IMG/VR virus record: IMGVR_UViG_3300046724_000647
Location: 1-62,908 of that record
Length of the DNA: 62,908 nt
Source of the DNA: a virus
Taxonomy: Duplodnaviria; Caudoviricetes
Strand: one strand, 5' to 3'
Shown: positions 35,995 through 46,005 of the stretch, piece after piece
Position numbering within the stretch: the stretch's first letter is position 1
Layout: each line of letters begins with the position of its first letter
Notes under the pieces: model-generated
What the model was told of the DNA's origin: nothing
Seen by the model: only the letters and a program-made list of their open reading frames with translations
Databases searched by the model: none
Made by a program: the position numbers and the translations under genes

Positions 35995-36012
35995 GAGGCA
36001 CTCTAGCACGCG

Positions 36013-37356
36013 ATGGCGTATTCGTACATAAGTTTTGGGCAAATGAAGACGGCTCTGGCGCAGCGCCTGACCGATCTGACCAAGCAGTTCTGGTCGGATG
36101 CGGAACTGGGCGCCATTGTGCTGGAATCCCTTCAGTCGTTCAATGCGATGGCGAATTTCTATCGTGAAGAGTTCACGTTCAACACTCAGGCCAATATCAC
36201 ATGGTACGACCTGACCAACAATACGCAGATTCCGTCGACGTTGCGCGTCATGTCTCAAACCGATCTTTCGGTACTGAACATGATGCAGTACCACCTGCTC
36301 GAGCCATTGACGTCGACCTATCCACTGGCATGGACGGGCTCTTTGCAGTTCAGCATTACCGATCTTCTCAACGCCTTGCAGCAGACCCGCGACGAGGTCC
36401 TGTCCGATAGCCTCTGCACGATCACCGAAAGCCTGATCAACGCGCCGATCGGGCGAACGTTCCTCCTGCAGACCGTCATCGGCCTCCGCCGCGTGGTCTG
36501 GATTCCCGCTTCATCTGGATTTTCGCTCAACACCCTGGTTCCATCGGATCTCTGGGCTCAACAGTCCTTTGAGTCCGACTTCGCGCAGTCGCCAAACGGA
36601 ACCCCGGCCACCTATCGGTTGTCGACCGAACCCCCTCTGGGATTCGATGTGGATATTCAGCCTGGCGTTCCGGGCCAATACGACATCCTGACGGTGAATG
36701 CGGGCGGGGATTTGACGATCGCGAATTCCACGATCCTGCCGATTCCCAACGACTGGTGCTGGGTGACCAAATGGGGCGCGCTGGCTCAATTGCTGGGACG
36801 CGACAGCGTGGCTGCGGATCCATTCCGCGCGAAGTACTGCGAAATGCGCTATCTGGAAGGAATCACCGCCATGAAATCGGCGCCGGCGCTTCTGGGCGCG
36901 CGCATCAACAACGTTCCGGTGACGATCACTCCGGTTACGGCCGGAGATTTCTACGATGCCAACTGGCAGGGACAGGCAGCCGGAGTGCCGGCGGCGATTT
37001 ACTATGCCGGGTTGAATTTGATCGGCCTGGCGCCGACGCCGCTGACGGCGTTGAACTCCGTGACGGCCAGCGTCGTTCGAAACATGGTACTTCCCACACT
37101 CGATGCGGACTTCGTCCAGATTGCCCGGGATGATCTCTCGGCGGTGCTCGACGAGGGCCAGCACATCGCCATGTTTAAGTGCGGCGGTGCTGAATTCGCG
37201 TCCACATTCCCACTGCATGGGAACTTCCTGCGACGGTGCGCCGTCCGGAATTCCAAACTGATGGCCATGTCGCTGTTCCTCGAGTTCATGGATGGACAGG
37301 GACAGGGCGATGAACGCCTCCATCCGTCGTTCCAGGGAGAACTGGCTAAATCGTGA
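36013..37356 (+). CDS. putative adaptor/tail tubular protein A-like
   Basis: LAQRLTD...FWSDAEL N-terminus with internally repeated adaptor-like modules. Confidence 0.6.
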   Translation: MAYSYISFGQMKTALAQRLTDLTKQFWSDAELGAIVLESLQSFNAMANFYREEFTFNTQANITWYDLTNNTQIPSTLRVMSQTDLSVLNMMQYHLLEPLTSTYPLAWTGSLQFSITDLLNALQQTRDEVLSDSLCTITESLINAPIGRTFLLQTVIGLRRVVWIPASSGFSLNTLVPSDLWAQQSFESDFAQSPNGTPATYRLSTEPPLGFDVDIQPGVPGQYDILTVNAGGDLTIANSTILPIPNDWCWVTKWGALAQLLGRDSVAADPFRAKYCEMRYLEGITAMKSAPALLGARINNVPVTITPVTAGDFYDANWQGQAAGVPAAIYYAGLNLIGLAPTPLTALNSVTASVVRNMVLPTLDADFVQIARDDLSAVLDEGQHIAMFKCGGAEFASTFPLHGNFLRRCAVRNSKLMAMSLFLEFMDGQGQGDERLHPSFQGELAKS

Positions 37357-37371
37357 AGGTGAAATCGAACC

Positions 37372-38934
37372 ATGTTTAAGATTCAAGGCTGGGTTGAAAA
37401 GGGAAATACCGTCATTCAGACGTCAGGGTTGCCGTCCTCCAACAAGGCACAGGGATCATTTCCAAGCGCGCTGGTGACCGTGATCATTCACGGGACAGCC
37501 ACCCTGGCAACGCTCTACTCCGATGACAATCTTTCGCCGACGCCGCTGGCGAATCCATTCACGTCCAATTCGGACGGATCGTTTGGCTTCTACGCGGTCA
37601 GCGGTCGATATGACATCACGTTCTCCGGCGGCACGCTGACCGCACCGTTCACCTTGTCGGATGTGACCAATGGCGCCGGCGGAGGCAGCGGTAACGTGAT
37701 CGGGCCATTATCGGCGGTCAACAACGACGTTGCCGTGTTCGATGGAGTCACGGGAAGTTTGATTAAGGACAGCGGCCAGACGATCGCGCAGATCATCGCT
37801 TTGGCCGGCGTGACTCTTCCGAGTGTCAACGACGGTCGATTGACGCTGGCATCGGGATTCCCAGTGTTCGCGCCGGTTCCGGCGACACCATCATCGACGA
37901 ACACTGGAACCGAAATCGTCACCTTCGCCACCGATCCGGGATGGCCAACGGGAACCATCGTCACTCCGGCCAGCACCTTGGCAGGACTGACAGCCGGAAC
38001 ACGTTATTATTTCGGGCGTCTCTCGAGTTTAACCGGAGCGTTTTATACGTCGCTGGCAAATGCGAATGCGAACACGAGCAAGGTCGACCTGACGGCCAGC
38101 GTGACGCAGCAGATCATTCCCAGTGGAATCACGCAAACGTCGATCATCTTTACTCCCTATAAGGGCGACAAACTTAGCCTGTTTGACGGAGTGTCCACAT
38201 GGACGACGATCAGCTTCATTGAGACCTCTCTAGCCTTGGGAACACTGACGTCTGGGCTTCCTTACGATGTGTTCGCGTTCAACAACAGCGGAACCATGGC
38301 ACTGGAACTTCTGGCCTGGTCCAGCGCAACAGTCCGCGCAACGGCCATCGTCAAGCAGAATGGCGTGTGGGTCAAAAGCGGGGCGACGACACGGCGATTG
38401 CTGGGGAGCATCTACACCGATTCCACATTGACGACGATCGACGATGCTGGCGGAATTGCATCGGCCGTAGGGGCTCAACGCTACGTTTCCAACCTTGAAA
38501 ATCGAGTGTCGGCGCCGGTCTACGTTTGGATGAGTGGTTCCTGGAACTACTCCAGCGCGACAGTCGAGCAAGCCAATGCGACTGCCGGCGCGAAGGTCAG
38601 TCTGATGGATACGATTGGCGATGCCAAGATTGATCTCAGTCTTCTCGTACGGCTCAACAATACGATCATCGCAAACGGCGGATCGGCTGGATTCGGAACC
38701 GACAGCGTGACCGTATTTGATAATTTTCACGGCAGCGTTTGTAATCCGGTGTCGAATGCCGCCAACAACCCCGCGACCGGCAGCGCGAATTATCGGAATC
38801 GGTTGCTGGGAAAGCACGATATCAATTGGCTGGAAAATGGTACAGGTTCCGGCGTGTCGACGTGGTGGGGCCAGAATGCCTTGACTGCCGGTAATGCGAT
38901 ACAGGACGGAATCGTCGGAGATTTTTTGTGTTGA
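37372..38934 (+). CDS. tail fibre/spike protein
   Basis: ATLYSD...PLANPFTSNSDG...FYA N-terminal anchor pattern; Thr/Ser/Gly-rich beta domains. Confidence 0.75.
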   Translation: MFKIQGWVEKGNTVIQTSGLPSSNKAQGSFPSALVTVIIHGTATLATLYSDDNLSPTPLANPFTSNSDGSFGFYAVSGRYDITFSGGTLTAPFTLSDVTNGAGGGSGNVIGPLSAVNNDVAVFDGVTGSLIKDSGQTIAQIIALAGVTLPSVNDGRLTLASGFPVFAPVPATPSSTNTGTEIVTFATDPGWPTGTIVTPASTLAGLTAGTRYYFGRLSSLTGAFYTSLANANANTSKVDLTASVTQQIIPSGITQTSIIFTPYKGDKLSLFDGVSTWTTISFIETSLALGTLTSGLPYDVFAFNNSGTMALELLAWSSATVRATAIVKQNGVWVKSGATTRRLLGSIYTDSTLTTIDDAGGIASAVGAQRYVSNLENRVSAPVYVWMSGSWNYSSATVEQANATAGAKVSLMDTIGDAKIDLSLLVRLNNTIIANGGSAGFGTDSVTVFDNFHGSVCNPVSNAANNPATGSANYRNRLLGKHDINWLENGTGSGVSTWWGQNALTAGNAIQDGIVGDFLC

Positions 38935-38952
38935 TTCAGATGAGGAGGACCC

Positions 38953-39321
38953 ATGGCAGATAAGAAGATGACGCCGGAAGAGGCGAAGAAAAACGCGCTG
39001 CAGAGCAAGGCGACCGATCCGGAGGAAGAGAAGATCGAGAACAAGCGCCTCGCGTTGAAGACGCCGAGCCCGGACGACTACAAGACCGCGGCATCTCGCC
39101 AGGCGCTGTATCGTCTGAACGCGAAGGAAGCCACCAAGAATGATACCGCCGAGGATACGGCCAAGAAGTACTCCGCGGAAACCAAAGCGAAGCCGTTCGT
39201 CTACAAGAAGGGCGGCAAGGTCCAAAAGGGCGGCATGGCCATGGTTCACACCGGGGAGAAGGTTTTGACGAAGGCCCAGCAGCATTCAGGCAACAGCAAA
39301 CGCATCGCGTGTAAGCGGTAA
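38953..39321 (+). CDS. basic hypothetical protein
   Basis: GAGGAGG RBS; YKKGGKVQKGGMAMVHTGEKVL. Confidence 0.75.
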   Translation: MADKKMTPEEAKKNALQSKATDPEEEKIENKRLALKTPSPDDYKTAASRQALYRLNAKEATKNDTAEDTAKKYSAETKAKPFVYKKGGKVQKGGMAMVHTGEKVLTKAQQHSGNSKRIACKR

Positions 39322-39330
39322 GGAGACACC

Positions 39331-39483
39331 ATGAAAAATGGCGGAATGACATCACTCACTGGCGGTGTGAGCCAATTCGGAAGCCTGAAGGCAAAGCCGA
39401 TCAAATCCACCACCACCAACCGCGGCATCACCCGGCAAAAAGGGATCGCCAAACGGTCAATGAGCTTCAGTTACAAAAAGTAA
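39331..39483 (+). CDS. 50-aa basic peptide (absent from the ORF track)
   Basis: AAGGAG RBS; MKNGGMTSLTGG...SFSYKK*. Confidence 0.7.
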   Translation: MKNGGMTSLTGGVSQFGSLKAKPIKSTTTNRGITRQKGIAKRSMSFSYKK

Positions 39484-39486
39484 TCG

Positions 39487-40779
39487 ATGGGATTTCAACG
39501 TGTAGAGGGCGGCTGGAGATACATCTTCGGCGGAATGAAGACCAACACGGCGGCAGACGAGATGACGCCGGTGAAGTACCCCTATGCGAAGAACGTCCGA
39601 ATGGTGAAGTCGCTGCAGACCCGACCGGGATACAGTTTCCATTTTGCCACAGCTCTCCTGATTGATACCACATGCCCACTTCCGGAGGGTGAAGTGGGCG
39701 TTCCTTATTCCGACACCTTGGCCGCCTCCGGAGGATTGCCTCCATACGTTTGGTCGATTCCTACCGGAGTGCTTCCAGGCGGCCTGTCGCTGGTGGGTGC
39801 CACCGGCGTTATCAGCGGGACTCCAACGACTAACGAAACTCAGAACTTCACTTTGCGCGTCACCGATAGTTCCGCAAAGGTTGCCAACAAATCCTGTTCA
39901 ATGCACATCTTCGCAGCTATCGCGATCACGACAGCCTGCCCTCTGCCTAACGGGCAAGCAGGCACGGCGTACGATCAACAGTTTGTCGCCTCCGGAGGCT
40001 CGGGAACTCAGGTCTGGACCATCACGGCTGGAACACTTCCCGCCGGTCTGACCATGGATGGTTCCGGACACATCACTGGGATGCCAACGACAAACGCGGT
40101 GTCGACCTTCACCGTGCACGTTCAGGATTCCTTGGGTGGCGTCGACAGCAAGTCCTGTCAGATCACGATCACTCCGGCCTGCTTCGATTTTGCCGATGAC
40201 TTCAACCGGGCTAATGGTGCTCTGGGCTCACCATGGTCATGGATCTCAGAAACCACCGGACATCAGGCCGACATCGTCAGCGGTCAGTTTGCGGCTTCCG
40301 CCCTGGGTACTGCGGAAATCACCACCGCCCCGGACACCAACACTACCGGATACGCAGAAGTCACATGGACCGGCTACACCAGTATTGCGTGGGGCGGTCC
40401 TATGGTTTTAAGGAAAACCAGCGGGATCAACAATGATCGGTACGTGTTAGCTGGGCAGGATCTCGGAGGACCAGAGCCAAGGGGGAAATTGGTGCTTTAC
40501 CGTGAGTCTGGCGCATCGCTTGTGGCCCTGATACAAGTGAGTCCCATCCTGTTGTCTGGATTAATGGGTGTTCCTATCCGGTTGGCCTTTGAAGTTCAAC
40601 CGACCCTGGTTCGACTGACGGGCTACGTGAATGGAGTCCAAATCCTAACATTCGACGACACATCATCACCGGGTGGCACCGGCAGAATCACATCTGGCCG
40701 ACCTGGGATCTCGCTCGTGGTTACTACCGGACTGACCGCGAATACTTGGGATAACTTCTCATGCCACACTTGTCCATAA
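39487..40779 (+). CDS. nozzle-like N-terminus fused to two putative Ig (He_PIG-type) domains and a beta-sandwich domain
   Basis: FGGMKTN...AKNVR...TRPG; ASGGLPPYVWSI...GVLPGGLSL...GVISGTPT twice; DDFNRANG...WDNF. Confidence 0.75.
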   Translation: MGFQRVEGGWRYIFGGMKTNTAADEMTPVKYPYAKNVRMVKSLQTRPGYSFHFATALLIDTTCPLPEGEVGVPYSDTLAASGGLPPYVWSIPTGVLPGGLSLVGATGVISGTPTTNETQNFTLRVTDSSAKVANKSCSMHIFAAIAITTACPLPNGQAGTAYDQQFVASGGSGTQVWTITAGTLPAGLTMDGSGHITGMPTTNAVSTFTVHVQDSLGGVDSKSCQITITPACFDFADDFNRANGALGSPWSWISETTGHQADIVSGQFAASALGTAEITTAPDTNTTGYAEVTWTGYTSIAWGGPMVLRKTSGINNDRYVLAGQDLGGPEPRGKLVLYRESGASLVALIQVSPILLSGLMGVPIRLAFEVQPTLVRLTGYVNGVQILTFDDTSSPGGTGRITSGRPGISLVVTTGLTANTWDNFSCHTCP

Positions 40780-40787
40780 ATTGAACT

Positions 40788-43700
40788 ATGGCTCCAATCA
40801 CTGACATTCGCGCCTACGCTACACTCGAGACGGACAACCTTCCGCGCATCATCGTCCGAGACTCGGGCAACCGAATCTGGATTGATAGTGGACAGCAGGT
40901 GGGAACGTTGTCGGGCACGTCTCAGGGCGCGTGCATGATTCCCTACCGGCCGAACGCGTCTCCCCAGGCGTGGATGTATATTGCCGCGGCCCAGGACTAT
41001 AAGAAGTACTCCGCGCCCGACCTGATCACCCAAGCGGTTCTCGAACAGAACGTCGGGATTGAGGAACAGCACGACGCGCCTGGCGCCTGTGCCAACGATT
41101 TTCAGTACACCGATTATCAGGCGTTCGCCGGCGCCTACGCTCATGGAGGAACGGCCGGCCCTTTAACCGATACCAACCGTTTTACAGGAACTGCGGGAAC
41201 CATCATCCGGGATCCGGCGTGTAAAGCTGGCGGTTCTGGACAGGACGTCAAGTCCAGCATTCAACTCACGACACTCAGTGGGATTGTAATCGGAATGCCG
41301 TTGCATTTCAGCACTGGAGTCGACGCCACCGTGCTTGAAATCTTTCCGCAAATCAACTCCGGGGTAGCACTCGCCATCAAATCGATCTTCTATACTTCGG
41401 GGGGAACCACCGGAAACTGCGTCATCGTTCCCACGCAGAGTCCGGTATCGGAAGCCTTTCAGATTACCGGACCGTCACCGTCACCATATTCGACCGATCC
41501 CCTTGGAACATTAACTCGAGGATCACTGGTCCTGCTCACCGGCGCGGCCGGTACCGAGTACGTATTCGTACTGAGTGTGGCGATTGGACCAAATGGAACG
41601 ATCTGCTTTGAAGCCTCCACGGTCAAGCATTTCGCGGCAGGGGAAACCATCACCGGAGTACCGGCCATCAGTTGTACCAGCATCGATACCAACAGCATTG
41701 GTGCGACCATCACCTGTCGGGATCTGACTTATTTTCAGACCGGGGCTGGAATCGGAACCGTCGAGCAATTGCTACTGGGAAGCCCATTCAACTTCATTTC
41801 TTCCGACGGAACTTCCGTCACACAGCAATTCGATTATCTGGGACTCTCCATCAACATCAGCGACCTGGAAAGGCTCGTCGCCGCCACCTTCATCTGGAAC
41901 GTCAACCCGACGGTGGACTTCGCGCAGGACGGCTTTTATTACCAAGTGGACGCCTCACAACTGGTCGCGCATCCTCCAATTCAGACTCAGGTCGAAGCCC
42001 TGTTTGCCCAGTTCAACGCCGGACTCATCAACCTGGCTCAGTTGACAACGCAGGTCAACGCGATATCGATCATGCCGTCCAGCCAGTACACGACGCTTCT
42101 GGTACCGATCACATCGCTGAAACGGTTTGGAAGCAATATCGGGCTCACGTTATCCGATTGCAACGGTTTCCGCGTCCAGATTGAAACGACAGGAAGTGTC
42201 GGCGTTCGGTTGGGACCTCAAACCATTGGCATCGGCCATCAACCCGATATCGGCCCGACGGGATCTCAGTACTTCTACCGAGTCCGTACCCGAAGCAGTT
42301 TGACTGGGGCGACATCGAATCCATCCCCATCCACACGGTACGGCGTCACGGCCCGACGCCAGTCGGTCCACATCACCATGCAGGACACGGTGTTGGATTC
42401 ACAGGCGGACACTTGGGATATCTTCCGCATGGGTGGGGCCGTCACCACATTCCGCTATATCGGAAGCACGCACAATACTGGAGGGGCGGACGCCTTCGAA
42501 GACAACTATTTCGACACGGCCGCGCTGGGTGGATCGGTTCTCGATTTCGACAATTTTCAGCCGTGGCCAACGATCGATGTTCCGTTCAACGTGACCGCCG
42601 GCGGAGGCGGTGGCGTTACCATTGATATCACCGTCGTCGGAACAGTGGTGATGCTGCGGTACTATTCGGGTTCTGCGTTCGCGGATCCAACTCCGGCAAC
42701 AATCCTTCGGTGGTTGCCAGGAACACTGATCACGTTCGACGATCTCAACGCATACACGCTCTGGGATCGACCGACCCGACTGACATTGGCGTCACCGCCG
42801 GCCGCGCATTATTACGCGTACGTCTTCCGACTTGTGGAGAATGCGGGCACGGCCGGCCCATTCACCCTGTCGGTGAAGGAACCGCTGGTCGCGAATCAGG
42901 ATCTTCCCTACCTGTGGGGACCCGACGCGTATGGAACCGTGTTCGGTGCGGGCGACGTCTACCGTCCGGGCAACGTGTACTTCTGTAAGCCATTCACTCC
43001 CGATTCGGCGCCGGACACCTTCAATCAGGAAATCACCAATCCATCAGAACCACTGATGGGCGGTGAGATTCTCAACGGACTGGCGCTGGTGGCCAGCACC
43101 ATGCGCTGGTGGGCGCTTTATCCAAACTTCGGATCCGGAAATCGTTATCAGGCCGTGGAGGCACCCGTTCAGCGGGGATTGATTGCGCCCTACGCGCACG
43201 CGACTGATGGCCGTGTCGTTTACTTCTGGGCCAAGGATGGAATCTGGACAACACTGGGACAGAATCTGACCGGCGCGGATCTGCACAACATTTTCCCACA
43301 TGAAGGTGTCGCTGGCGCCGATTACATCTATGCTGGCCACACCGTCTATGCTCCGGATTACAGGTACGCATCGGCCTTTCGACTCTGCTATCACAATGGG
43401 TACCTGTATGCAGACTACCGTGATTCGGAACGGCGCGCACGAACGCTGGTCTGCGACCTTCGCGATCCCTCCAATCCGGCATGGTGCGTGGATGAGTATG
43501 CCGATGCCATCGGGGTTCACTACGCCATCGAGCAACAGTCCGGAACCGTGTTGACCACAGCGACAACCTACCTGGCACTGATTACGGGGGATGACCTCGG
43601 AAAAGTTTATTTTCAGGAAGATTTGGACAACGACAATGGAGTACCGATCAATGGCGCCGTGGCGACATTCGAATGGAACGGTGGCGACGTGCGCTCCAAT

Positions 43701-44315
43701 GAACTCTACAATGACCAGTTCATCGACCTGATTCCGGCCGCGATCGCTGGCGTGAACGCCACCATATTAGAAGGTGGAATCGCCGCCCAACCGGTCTTCG
43801 TCATTCCACCCGCGACCACCCGACAGCACACCAATGTTCCTATAGGTCTCGAACTGAGTTACATGGGCGTACTTCTGGAATGGACCGACGATTTTGACAT
43901 CCAGGACCAGCCGACGCTCTTGCGATCGTGGCAGCCGATGTTCCAGTCTGTTCCGGTCTCGGTGAATCTCTGGAAGAATCAGGGCACGTCGTTCGGGCTT
44001 CCCGGGTACAAACACATCCCGTATTTATTGCTGGCGTACAAGTCCACCATGCCGGTCACGCTGACGATCACGGTTTACGATGGAACCGCGCCAGCGGTGG
44101 TGACCCTGCCCTCCACCAGTGGCGCCTATCGAAAAACGTTGTTCTGGCTGACGTTCAACAAGGGTTTGCTGTACTTCATCATGGCCCGGTGCGATGACGC
44201 CGAATTCCAGATGTATCTCAGTGATTGCGAAATTCCCGTGGGCGCCTGGCAGCGTGAGGAACCGTACCTTCGCGTGCGCGATATCGCGGCGGCAATCGGC
44301 ATTGGTGAAGGATGA
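40788..44315 (+). CDS. tail nozzle/tubular protein B-like (beta-propeller)
   Basis: 1175 aa; VYFCKP..PD, VYFWAKDGIW; located before fibre and ejection genes. Confidence 0.65.
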   Translation: MAPITDIRAYATLETDNLPRIIVRDSGNRIWIDSGQQVGTLSGTSQGACMIPYRPNASPQAWMYIAAAQDYKKYSAPDLITQAVLEQNVGIEEQHDAPGACANDFQYTDYQAFAGAYAHGGTAGPLTDTNRFTGTAGTIIRDPACKAGGSGQDVKSSIQLTTLSGIVIGMPLHFSTGVDATVLEIFPQINSGVALAIKSIFYTSGGTTGNCVIVPTQSPVSEAFQITGPSPSPYSTDPLGTLTRGSLVLLTGAAGTEYVFVLSVAIGPNGTICFEASTVKHFAAGETITGVPAISCTSIDTNSIGATITCRDLTYFQTGAGIGTVEQLLLGSPFNFISSDGTSVTQQFDYLGLSINISDLERLVAATFIWNVNPTVDFAQDGFYYQVDASQLVAHPPIQTQVEALFAQFNAGLINLAQLTTQVNAISIMPSSQYTTLLVPITSLKRFGSNIGLTLSDCNGFRVQIETTGSVGVRLGPQTIGIGHQPDIGPTGSQYFYRVRTRSSLTGATSNPSPSTRYGVTARRQSVHITMQDTVLDSQADTWDIFRMGGAVTTFRYIGSTHNTGGADAFEDNYFDTAALGGSVLDFDNFQPWPTIDVPFNVTAGGGGGVTIDITVVGTVVMLRYYSGSAFADPTPATILRWLPGTLITFDDLNAYTLWDRPTRLTLASPPAAHYYAYVFRLVENAGTAGPFTLSVKEPLVANQDLPYLWGPDAYGTVFGAGDVYRPGNVYFCKPFTPDSAPDTFNQEITNPSEPLMGGEILNGLALVASTMRWWALYPNFGSGNRYQAVEAPVQRGLIAPYAHATDGRVVYFWAKDGIWTTLGQNLTGADLHNIFPHEGVAGADYIYAGHTVYAPDYRYASAFRLCYHNGYLYADYRDSERRARTLVCDLRDPSNPAWCVDEYADAIGVHYAIEQQSGTVLTTATTYLALITGDDLGKVYFQEDLDNDNGVPINGAVATFEWNGGDVRSNELYNDQFIDLIPAAIAGVNATILEGGIAAQPVFVIPPATTRQHTNVPIGLELSYMGVLLEWTDDFDIQDQPTLLRSWQPMFQSVPVSVNLWKNQGTSFGLPGYKHIPYLLLAYKSTMPVTLTITVYDGTAPAVVTLPSTSGAYRKTLFWLTFNKGLLYFIMARCDDAEFQMYLSDCEIPVGAWQREEPYLRVRDIAAAIGIGEG

Positions 44316-45748
44316 GTAAGAATCTGACGTTCGGAAGGCCCGGACTTCAATATCCCACGGATATTCACAAGGAATCCGTTCCGGTGCAGAAGGCGACGAA
44401 GATGATCGTCGACAATCTGTTCTTTCTTCACAAAGGAATCGATGAACTGGCGTCACTGACTGGAATCGGCGGCGAATCGCTCCAGCAGATGATTACACAG
44501 GTCATCACGAATAAATTTTCCGGTGGCGGTGGCGGCGGTGGTGGTGGCGGCGGAACGTCGATCGTCATCCATGTGAGTACGCATTCGATCCGATTAAGCA
44601 CTTACGGTACGGCCTCTGATCCAGTCGGCACCCTCTTCATCGAAACAGACCGCACGGCCATCTATTACGTTTCCGATGCGCTGGGTCCGCCAGCATGGGT
44701 CTTCGGCGCCGGAATGATGAGCGGAGCAATCTCTTTGCTTCCAACGGACCTTGGTGTGAACGATGCAGGTTTCTCATTTGTAGCCACCGACGCGACCGAA
44801 CTAACACATTATCTATGGACCGGTACAGTCTTCATCACCACGGGCGGGTTGCGCGAAATCATCACCGACGCCATCACGAACTCAACGTCGAACGTCTTTC
44901 GGATGGCTCACCGTTCGAGCGGAGTGCCGGCCGCAAACTTCGGCGGCAATGTCCTGACGGAACTGGATAGTTCCACCAATGTTCTCCGTGCAGCATCTGG
45001 GCTCAATACCATCTGGTCCAGCGCGACCGATACTGCAGAGACCTCGGTGTGGTCCGTACAGTTAAGAGTTCTGGGCGCCGCACTGTCGGATTTCTTCCAA
45101 GTTCTCTCAACGGGTATTCGACTGAAGGTCGGAAGCTTTTTCGGGAAGTTCACCCACGCCAACAGCGCCGATCGTACGTACACGTTGGCCGATGCTGATG
45201 GCAATCTCGTCTACGAGACCTCCGCCCTGACAGACCATGCCATCGTTCTGGGAAACGCTGGGGCGAAGGTGAAGCCTGGTACTTTAGGAACGACGGTGAC
45301 GGTTCTACACGGAAATGCTTCGGGCGATCCGACATATTCTGCAGTCGTTCTAACTACGGACGTGTCTGGAGTTCTTCCCGTCGCCAACGGCGGCGGCCTC
45401 TCTGGGACCTATGTGCCGACCTGTACGGCGGGAACAAACGTAACAACGATGACTCCAGGTACGTTCACGTATTTGCGCGTCGGAAGTGCAGTCGTGGTTT
45501 CCGGCCGAATCGATTACGTGCCTACAGCGCCTGGCAGTTTCAACTTTAGAGTTTCTCTTCCAATCCCATCCAATATCGGCAGTTCATCCGATTGCGCTGG
45601 CACGTATGGAGTCGACAATCCGGCGGCAACACTCGTCCGCTATATTCTCGGAGATGCGGCAAATGACTCCGCCAGTCTGGCCGGATCCAGCGTGGCCGGT
45701 GCTGGAGATGCGCTGATTCTGATCTTCATGTACACGATTATTCCTTAG
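44312..45748 (+). CDS. tail fibre/needle-like protein
   Basis: Poly-Gly hinge; DVSGVLPVANGG; YLRVGSAVVV tip domain. Confidence 0.7.
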   Translation: MSKNLTFGRPGLQYPTDIHKESVPVQKATKMIVDNLFFLHKGIDELASLTGIGGESLQQMITQVITNKFSGGGGGGGGGGGTSIVIHVSTHSIRLSTYGTASDPVGTLFIETDRTAIYYVSDALGPPAWVFGAGMMSGAISLLPTDLGVNDAGFSFVATDATELTHYLWTGTVFITTGGLREIITDAITNSTSNVFRMAHRSSGVPAANFGGNVLTELDSSTNVLRAASGLNTIWSSATDTAETSVWSVQLRVLGAALSDFFQVLSTGIRLKVGSFFGKFTHANSADRTYTLADADGNLVYETSALTDHAIVLGNAGAKVKPGTLGTTVTVLHGNASGDPTYSAVVLTTDVSGVLPVANGGGLSGTYVPTCTAGTNVTTMTPGTFTYLRVGSAVVVSGRIDYVPTAPGSFNFRVSLPIPSNIGSSSDCAGTYGVDNPAATLVRYILGDAANDSASLAGSSVAGAGDALILIFMYTIIP

Positions 45749-45766
45749 AGATTTAGAGGAAAGCAG

Positions 45767-45964
45767 ATGAGTCAAATTGACCCAACAATTCAACAGGAAG
45801 CGACGGACTTTGCCAATGGACTTCCAGAGGATCAACTGGTTCCTCAGTTGCACCAGTTGAAACTGGATTACCAGGCACTACTCCCTCCAGATCCGAATAA
45901 GGACGCGAGGGATTTGGTTGCGCTCAAAATGCAGGCGATTCATTTTCGACTGGAGCGGATCTAA
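45767..45964 (+). CDS. small hypothetical protein
   Basis: GAGGA RBS; helical 65 aa. Confidence 0.65.
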   Translation: MSQIDPTIQQEATDFANGLPEDQLVPQLHQLKLDYQALLPPDPNKDARDLVALKMQAIHFRLERI

Positions 45965-46005
45965 CGGGCGCTATAATGCGCCATTGACAGACGTGGAGGA
46001 AGATC

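Noticed and set aside
39645-40768. TGCCACA direct repeat flanking the Ig insert as an excision site
   Set aside because: Excision at the repeat would not restore the frame with the 40788 ORF; a 7-mer match can be chance.
44521-44554. GGT/GGC tandem repeat
   Set aside because: Encodes a poly-Gly hinge with mixed codons; not a contingency locus.
37372-45748. Diversity-generating retroelement or invertible fibre cassette
   Set aside because: No reverse transcriptase, invertase or template/variable repeat pair was seen by eye.
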